From assembly GCA_038217285.1 (NCBI GenBank), contig JBBQPO010000214.1, positions 1 to 10,770 of the forward strand: a stretch of 10,770 nt of DNA. Direction: 5' to 3'. Positions within the stretch are counted from its first letter, which is position 1. Every line of letters begins with the position of its first letter. Positions 7,101 through 10,770 of this stretch are shown here, piece after piece. Position numbers and translations under genes: made by a program. The stretch comes from Chthonomonadales bacterium. GTDB taxonomy: Bacteria > Armatimonadota > Chthonomonadetes > Chthonomonadales > Chthonomonadaceae. The notes under the pieces are model-generated. The model was not told the DNA's origin. It searched no databases and saw only the letters and a list, made by a program, of their open reading frames with translations.

Positions 7101-7926
7101 CCGGCGTCACTTCGCCGTTCAGTTCCGGGCGGTTGTTGACCGGAATGCGCGGTACGGTGAGCAGGGTCGCCGTGGTGGGCGCGGCGGTGTTGCTTAAGAC
7201 AATTTCGGTCCAGAGCGAGGGATTGTCGACATCGCTTGCCCCCTTTACGGCGGGCGAAAGACTCTGGATCGGCGGGCTCCCGGCCGATTTGCTCTGTGCG
7301 ACCACATTGAACTCCAGGTGAAGTCCGACCTCCGGTTTGACTCCGACATCGAGCCACGGAATCGCGAGTTCGACCGTGTACCCCGCCGTGAAGGAGTTGT
7401 CCCGACGCTGAACGCCCCTTTGCTGGACTTCGTACTTGAAAAGTTTGCTCAGAATGGCGTCGCCCTGCCGCTTCTGTTCGATGGGGTCGTCTTTGTACTT
7501 CTCGGTGATCGCTTTCAATAGCTCGCCCGGCTCTTGCACATTGCGATAGAGCGGTGCGGCATCGGCGCCGAGATAGAGTTGGGCGCCGTGGGCCGCGCTG
7601 ACGGCCATCGAGACCGAGTGATCGGTGCGTCGAATCGGCTTAGGATCGCTGGACGCCTGGACGGAGACGATGATGGCGTCGTCCTCCAGCGGGCGCGAGA
7701 AGGCGTCGGTATTCTTACCGACCACGTTCGGCTTGTTGACCTGAACGGCGACATAAAGAAATTCGTCGTCCCAGCCGGTGTAGCCGACAATTCGGTTCGT
7801 CGCCTCATTGGACGTTGTTGCGGCGGCGGGCGGTGCCCCCGACTTCGCGCGGGTTTGCGCCGTGAGCGACGCCGCCACGTGCAGTAGCACGAACGCAGTC
7901 ACGAGCGTAAGGGCAGACTTACCCAT
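4153..7926 (-). CDS. Secreted multidomain carbohydrate-related protein (CBM9/DOMON-like + GH99/GH71/DUF5010-like barrel + 3 Ig-like repeats + C-terminal beta domain), 1257 aa
   Basis: AAGGAG RBS precedes ATG 7926, and the signal peptide is MGKSALTLVTAFVLLHVAASLTA-Q. CBM9-like motifs: WDDEFLYVAV and GYTVELAIPW. Barrel motifs: WHRKQLAEARREGIDVLLP, IGLFLDT and WVLLDGWNDYTNGREIAPS. Three repeats carry NxGxxxW and V.[PA]G[QS] motifs. The C-terminal domain has FDGKGRSFPADLLP and NMIACLGQKIEL. The ORF is certain; domain names are by-eye assignments. Confidence 0.85.
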   Translation of the reverse strand: MGKSALTLVTAFVLLHVAASLTAQTRAKSGAPPAAATTSNEATNRIVGYTGWDDEFLYVAVQVNKPNVVGKNTDAFSRPLEDDAIIVSVQASSDPKPIRRTDHSVSMAVSAAHGAQLYLGADAAPLYRNVQEPGELLKAITEKYKDDPIEQKRQGDAILSKLFKYEVQQRGVQRRDNSFTAGYTVELAIPWLDVGVKPEVGLHLEFNVVAQSKSAGSPPIQSLSPAVKGASDVDNPSLWTEIVLSNTAAPTTATLLTVPRIPVNNRPELNGEVTPGEWNGLSMFEFGELATARTGHAALESTLAARTRLEFVPRPPRRLVSIAPTIHDTTTTPRQPQQVTPLVLATYEYGYQGDPRKSVPAAQVIRSDNSSLLAHHPLDGAGPWFSFDRADWHRKQLAEARREGIDVLLPVYRGSTHARQIYADKGLNVLVMALQSMRQAGQDYPQIGLFLDTNSLIEALGDRPDLNDSASFNALYTMIGNFYRRVPAEFRCRVPMSAANNGRMAYPVFLSNADAIRQVGPTFLTELRRRFAMDFAGSDLLVVGVDGFRGKASLDGFFADSSAKEGLPVADGWLKIATISAGYAASRTFADKTLPTRRETDAYRVLWTTAISKSPDWVLLDGWNDYTNGREIAPSVEAGFSLADTTLFLTRLYAASTKRSLRLVSHDLPAVLASGATTIVQLRLQNSGMEEWGGTKALLPAVTYRWRGKNGIVATGGTVPLTAPVLAGQNVSLSLPITAGNGKNSPLPAGDYTLEFSVVSSDKRGGAVAGATCEVPVHIHMDTDVSPWAATVVRTDLPTLLENGGLYEVNATVRNDGRTTWRKADGVRVGIRLYRVKDVGNWQTVASVATADASTALDKEVAPGQQATVRLVLPVTDPQGASLPESESGSGYLVYWEVAPAQGPQEVVAALQGGATTEGVSIAPTPVTLVDFDFGVRFTQEGTPGSLPGGKRLPVRMSLQNVGTQIWRRNQVRVGYHWYFQDGSEYFFENETTPITEDVPPGSRTQEMLAWITPPPTDGIYWLVWDVKFGDTWASTAGGTRVADTVVRPIQVFGDRLTFTDLGKGFNTDGVADMDNKAYGNFDGKGRSFPADLLPPFPDMPVVPAGMWLPTDKTGADSPLRIGFRWGPKEGKAKNMIACLGQKIELGKSSVGFCHLLHLVAASSGKEAQINLKLIFEEPTGTSEDLYSLTVSPWDHPGENKDEIVLLTPWHNERDGAKAGAIALYHYSIKIRSPRKLIAIQLPLVPEVKIAAITLEK

Positions 7927-8048
7927 CTCACTCTCCTTTACTGTTCAACCGCTGCCAGTCGCCGCCCGGCATCGGGACGGAACTGCGCGGTACGATATTA
8001 CGTTGAGTAAGAACAGGATCGTTTCTCCAAATTATTGCAGGTGCGCGA

Positions 8049-8077
8049 ATAGTACCCTGCATATCTCCGGGAGTCAA
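8049..8077 (-). promoter_or_regulatory. sigma70-type promoter for the 1257-aa gene
   Basis: Minus strand TTGACT (8077-8072), 17-nt spacer, TACTAT (8054-8049), about 120 nt upstream of ATG 7926. Confidence 0.7.
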
Positions 8078-8268
8078 GCGTGGCGTTGACTTGCCCCCTC
8101 GCTGTCCTCTTCACCTACGTCCTCTCTGCTCTGTTGTGACGGAATGCGAATTGGATGTAACATCGGTCGAGAGGGTTCGACATACTTCCGAGGAGCTCCC
8201 GATTTATTCATTCGTATATCCGTGACCCACGCGTTCCTCCAAAGGTGGCCGGAAAGGCTTCTGTGTCT

Positions 8269-9714
8269 ATGCTTACAACGTCTACTCCTCCTGCTCGGTT
8301 CCTTCCTCCAGGGTGTACGCTGCTTCGTTTGCTGCTCTGTCTGGCCTGCGGCGGTTCTGGAGTGTGGCTCGGGAGCAGTGGCGCTTCCCCGCTGCCAGCC
8401 CAGGACTCCGCCAGAAAACCCGGTGAGGTCGCCGCTCTGTTTCGCGACGAGATCGCCCAGGCAGGCCAGAAGATGCACTGGCGTGGCGAACGCCTGAGCG
8501 ACGATACCGTCTATGCGCTCGCCATGACGGGAGTCTCGTGGGAGATCGCCTGGAACCGCGAGCATCCCTTCCTGCTCGCCTGGGGCGAATATAACCGAGC
8601 CCCCCGTCTGAACGGTCAGTCGGGCGCCAACGATATGGAGTTCATCGCCGAAGTACGCCACGCCTATGAGCGCCGCGACTACCGGCGCGCGGTGGATACC
8701 GCAGCTTCCCATTTCACCCTGGAACAGATCGGCTGCGAAAGGACTTTGAAGGAGGCCGTCGGAAAGAGCCTGATGGCGATGGGCCAGCCCGAACAGGCTT
8801 TCCCTGTCTTCGCCGCGCCCTTCGCCCCTGGTCTGGACGCCATCGAGACAGCCCGTGCGAACCGACGCTTTCGAGAAGAGGCGCTAGAGGCGGCCCGCAA
8901 GGCGGGATTGAAGCGCGAAATGGTCGCCTTTACACTTTCACTGCTGCTCGAGCCGGGACCGGACGCACCGGGTGTCGATCCGGACCGAATACAGGCGATG
9001 GAGAGATTGGGCGTGGACATCGACCGGGTTCTGCTGGGCATTCTCCAGAGCCCGATAAAGCTGCGTGGCCTGCCTGCTTATACCTATGCGGCGGCCGACC
9101 TCCTCACCTACCGGGCTTCGCCACGCCTATTGCCGTTCCTGACACGCCTGGCGCAGAACGACGACGTCTATCTCCGCAGTCGGGCCATAACGGGCCTGGG
9201 AATTCTCGCCTATCGTCCGCGCCCCGAGGATCCCGGCGACTGGTCGCAGCGCCTGCTTTCGATGCCCCTGCGCGAGAACAGCGTCTCCGCCTCCGAACGC
9301 AAGCTGATCGACCGTGCGGTAAAGGACGCTCTGAGCAGCGACCGGTATCGCATTCGTATCGCGGGCATTGTCGCTCTGACTCTCCTTGGGGACGACAGTA
9401 GCAAGCCCCTCTTGCAACGCTTTACAAAGGACCACACCTATATCCTGACCGCCCCGAATGGAGAGCGTAATCGGATGCGTCGGCTCTTCTTCCCGGTCTG
9501 GTCAGCGGCGGCGGCGGGTCTGCAGCGGTTTGGAACGAAAGCGGACGTAGGCGGGGGCGAGATGAGCGGCAAAGAGTTGGAGCGGGAGAAGCGGGGAGGG
9601 AAAGACGAAACCAATGACCGCCGCAATCTGAGGCGCGATGCCGTCAGTCAGTTGGCGCTTTCGCCCTTCGACGTGCCGGTTCCGCTCGCCGAAGAGCCGA
9701 CGACGCGGCCCTAG
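8269..9714 (+). CDS. Putative exported alpha-solenoid (TPR-like + HEAT-repeat) protein of unknown function
   Basis: Long open frame starting at GTG 8245 or ATG 8269; the latter is preceded by GAAAGG. The N-terminus is hydrophobic (LLRLLLCLACGGSGVWLG). TPR-like segments: AYERRDYRRAV and VGKSLMAMGQPEQAFPVF. HEAT-like segments: LLPFLTRLAQNDDVYLRSRAITGLGIL and ALSSDRYRIRIAGIVALTLLGDDSSKPLLQRF. Confidence 0.8.
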   Translation: MLTTSTPPARFLPPGCTLLRLLLCLACGGSGVWLGSSGASPLPAQDSARKPGEVAALFRDEIAQAGQKMHWRGERLSDDTVYALAMTGVSWEIAWNREHPFLLAWGEYNRAPRLNGQSGANDMEFIAEVRHAYERRDYRRAVDTAASHFTLEQIGCERTLKEAVGKSLMAMGQPEQAFPVFAAPFAPGLDAIETARANRRFREEALEAARKAGLKREMVAFTLSLLLEPGPDAPGVDPDRIQAMERLGVDIDRVLLGILQSPIKLRGLPAYTYAAADLLTYRASPRLLPFLTRLAQNDDVYLRSRAITGLGILAYRPRPEDPGDWSQRLLSMPLRENSVSASERKLIDRAVKDALSSDRYRIRIAGIVALTLLGDDSSKPLLQRFTKDHTYILTAPNGERNRMRRLFFPVWSAAAAGLQRFGTKADVGGGEMSGKELEREKRGGKDETNDRRNLRRDAVSQLALSPFDVPVPLAEEPTTRP

Positions 9715-9725
9715 CGAACCGCCGA

Positions 9726-9744
9726 CTCCCGTGGTGCGCGGGAG
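9726..9744. terminator. Hairpin between convergent genes, possible bidirectional terminator or 3'-end stabiliser
   Basis: CTCCCG (9726-9731) pairs with CGGGAG (9739-9744) in the 33-bp gap between the stops at 9714 and 9748. There is no U-tract on either side. Confidence 0.4.
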
Positions 9745-9747
9745 GAT

Positions 9748-10503
9748 CTAGGGAGTAGCAGGCGAAGGAGAGTTGCCGGAAGAGTTTGTATCCTGGCTTG
9801 CGGTGTCGGCGGCGGTGGGATCATGCCACTCCTTAGCGAGCAGGGAGCGATGATGGGCGGCCTCGACCAGTCCCTGTACCACATCGTCACTCAAATCATC
9901 CTCTTCTTCTTCTATCTCGGCGGAGACGATACGCTCCGCGAAGATGCATCCGAAGATCGCGGTAACGCCTGTCACGCAGAGTAGAACGGCCTTCCACGAG
10001 CCATATCTCCCGACGTGAATAATGCCGAGGCCAATGAAGTAGAGGGCCGCTGCTCCGAAATAACACCGCCTGGCCCAGACGGTCCCCGGATTGATACTCT
10101 CCATAACGGCAGCCGTGGCGGCGAGTGTGGCGATAAGCAGGAGAATCGCCGGACGGGACTGATCCAGAAAGTCGAAGTTGAGCATCTGCGGCAACGGTTG
10201 GCTACCGACGCGACCGATATCGCGCAAGGCCATAAAGGCGATGCCATAACAGAGGGTGAGGATGAGCACGCTCCGCAACTGTTTGCTGAGGAGCGACAGC
10301 AGCAAGACGATGACGGCCAGCGGCAGAACAGCCTCATGCCGCCCCACCCAGACCGAGATTCGTACCTCGTTCATGACGCTGACGCTCGCTACCAAAACCG
10401 GAACGACCCAGGTGAACAGCTTTTGAATGCGCCCCTGCGTTCGTTCCCGCCAGAGGAGATAGGCCGATTCGGAAACGGTTTCGATGGTGTCTATCGTTGA
10501 CAT
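9748..10503 (-). CDS. Hypothetical integral membrane protein (about 6 TM helices, acidic C-terminal tail), 251 aa
   Basis: Hydrophobic segments LFTWVVPVLVASVSV, AVLPLAVIVLLLSLL, VLILTLCYGIAFMAL, AILLLIATLAATAAV, YFGAAALYFIGLGII and AVLLCVTGVTAIFGCIFA, followed by the tail EIEEEEDDLSDD. A purine-rich stretch precedes ATG 10503. Confidence 0.85.
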   Translation of the reverse strand: MSTIDTIETVSESAYLLWRERTQGRIQKLFTWVVPVLVASVSVMNEVRISVWVGRHEAVLPLAVIVLLLSLLSKQLRSVLILTLCYGIAFMALRDIGRVGSQPLPQMLNFDFLDQSRPAILLLIATLAATAAVMESINPGTVWARRCYFGAAALYFIGLGIIHVGRYGSWKAVLLCVTGVTAIFGCIFAERIVSAEIEEEEDDLSDDVVQGLVEAAHHRSLLAKEWHDPTAADTASQDTNSSGNSPSPATP

Positions 10504-10620
10504 ACGAACCCTATCTTTTCCAACGGAAAATAAGCATCACTCCCTACTTCTCTCCATTGCAGGAAGCAAGGTCGAAATCGGCTGCACGGACCGGGCCGGT
10601 CGGGCTACATTTACTTTCGA

Positions 10621-10626
10621 ATTATA
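10621..10626 (-). promoter_or_regulatory. Perfect -10 box (TATAAT) upstream of the membrane-protein gene
   Basis: Minus strand ctgTATAAT (10629-10621), about 118 nt upstream of ATG 10503. It has the same 9-mer context as the box at 571-563. No recognisable -35 lies at a 17-nt spacing, and that position falls inside the IS. Confidence 0.5.
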
Positions 10627-10629
10627 CAG

Positions 10630-10770
10630 CTCACCTTACGCAGGCACTCCGATTTGCTTGAGTTCCTGCAGTTGCTTAAACGCACTGGCCAACGCACTCT
10701 GGTAAATCTTGGCTTTCATGGCGTGGTGGTTCATCTTGGTCTGAAGCCGAAGCTTCTCCAACTTCACATA
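10630..10770 (-). mobile_element. Downstream end of a probable IS701-like (DDE) insertion sequence, partial
   Basis: Contains the transposase-like C-terminus, whose stop codon lies in the candidate terminal repeat CCTGCGTAAGGTGAG (10644-10630, minus). The matching inverted repeat is outside the window, so the boundary is approximate. Confidence 0.6.
10636..10770 (-). CDS. C-terminal 44 aa of a probable IS701-like/IS4-superfamily DDE transposase (5'-partial; not in the ORF track)
   Basis: Manual translation from 10770 gives YVKLEKLRLQTKMNHHAMKAKIYQSALASAFKQLQELKQIGVPA*. This resembles the YVKLE.L.....NH.A.K.K.Y..AL..A...LQ.L C-terminus that I recall from this transposase group; no search was run. 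Confidence 0.7.
   Translation of the reverse strand, partial: YVKLEKLRLQTKMNHHAMKAKIYQSALASAFKQLQELKQIGVPA

Noticed and set aside
5872-7197. 441-aa + strand ORF, and similarly 4453-5280, 5290-5835 and 7534-7887
   Set aside because: These are antisense shadows of the 1257-aa gene. They are Arg-rich with no motifs, as expected from GC-rich codon bias.
8074-8712. 212-aa minus-strand ORF and 8144-8497 + strand ORF
   Set aside because: Both overlap the better-supported HEAT-repeat CDS and have no protein-like features.
1-10770. Composite transposon carrying the four intact genes
   Set aside because: The two ends are not inverted or direct copies of each other and appear to belong to different IS families.

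Overview
GC-rich bacterial window bounded at both edges by apparent insertion-sequence ends, so it may be a whole contig broken at repeats. A resemblance to Armatimonadota-type gene content is inference only. At the left edge, an IS21-like terminus (five 23-bp repeats ending in CA at 140) truncates a lipoprotein gene encoding a lactonase-like beta-propeller. Upstream on the same strand is a 1032-aa AfsR/SARP-type regulator (wHTH-BTAD-NB-ARC-TPR). Between them is a perfect TATAAT -10 box preceded by three CTGTTGCG direct repeats at 11/12-bp periodicity, the geometry of a SARP-activated promoter. Next comes a 1257-aa secreted multidomain glycan-related protein: a CBM9-like domain with apparently permuted motif order, a GH99/GH71-like barrel with a substituted catalytic motif, three Ig-like repeats and a C-terminal beta domain, with a clean sigma70 promoter. 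It is followed by a divergent secreted TPR/HEAT-repeat protein and a convergent multi-pass membrane protein. At the right edge is the 3' end of a probable IS701-like DDE transposase whose terminus sits 3 bp upstream of a second TATAAT box. All family calls come from motif recognition by eye, not from database searches.
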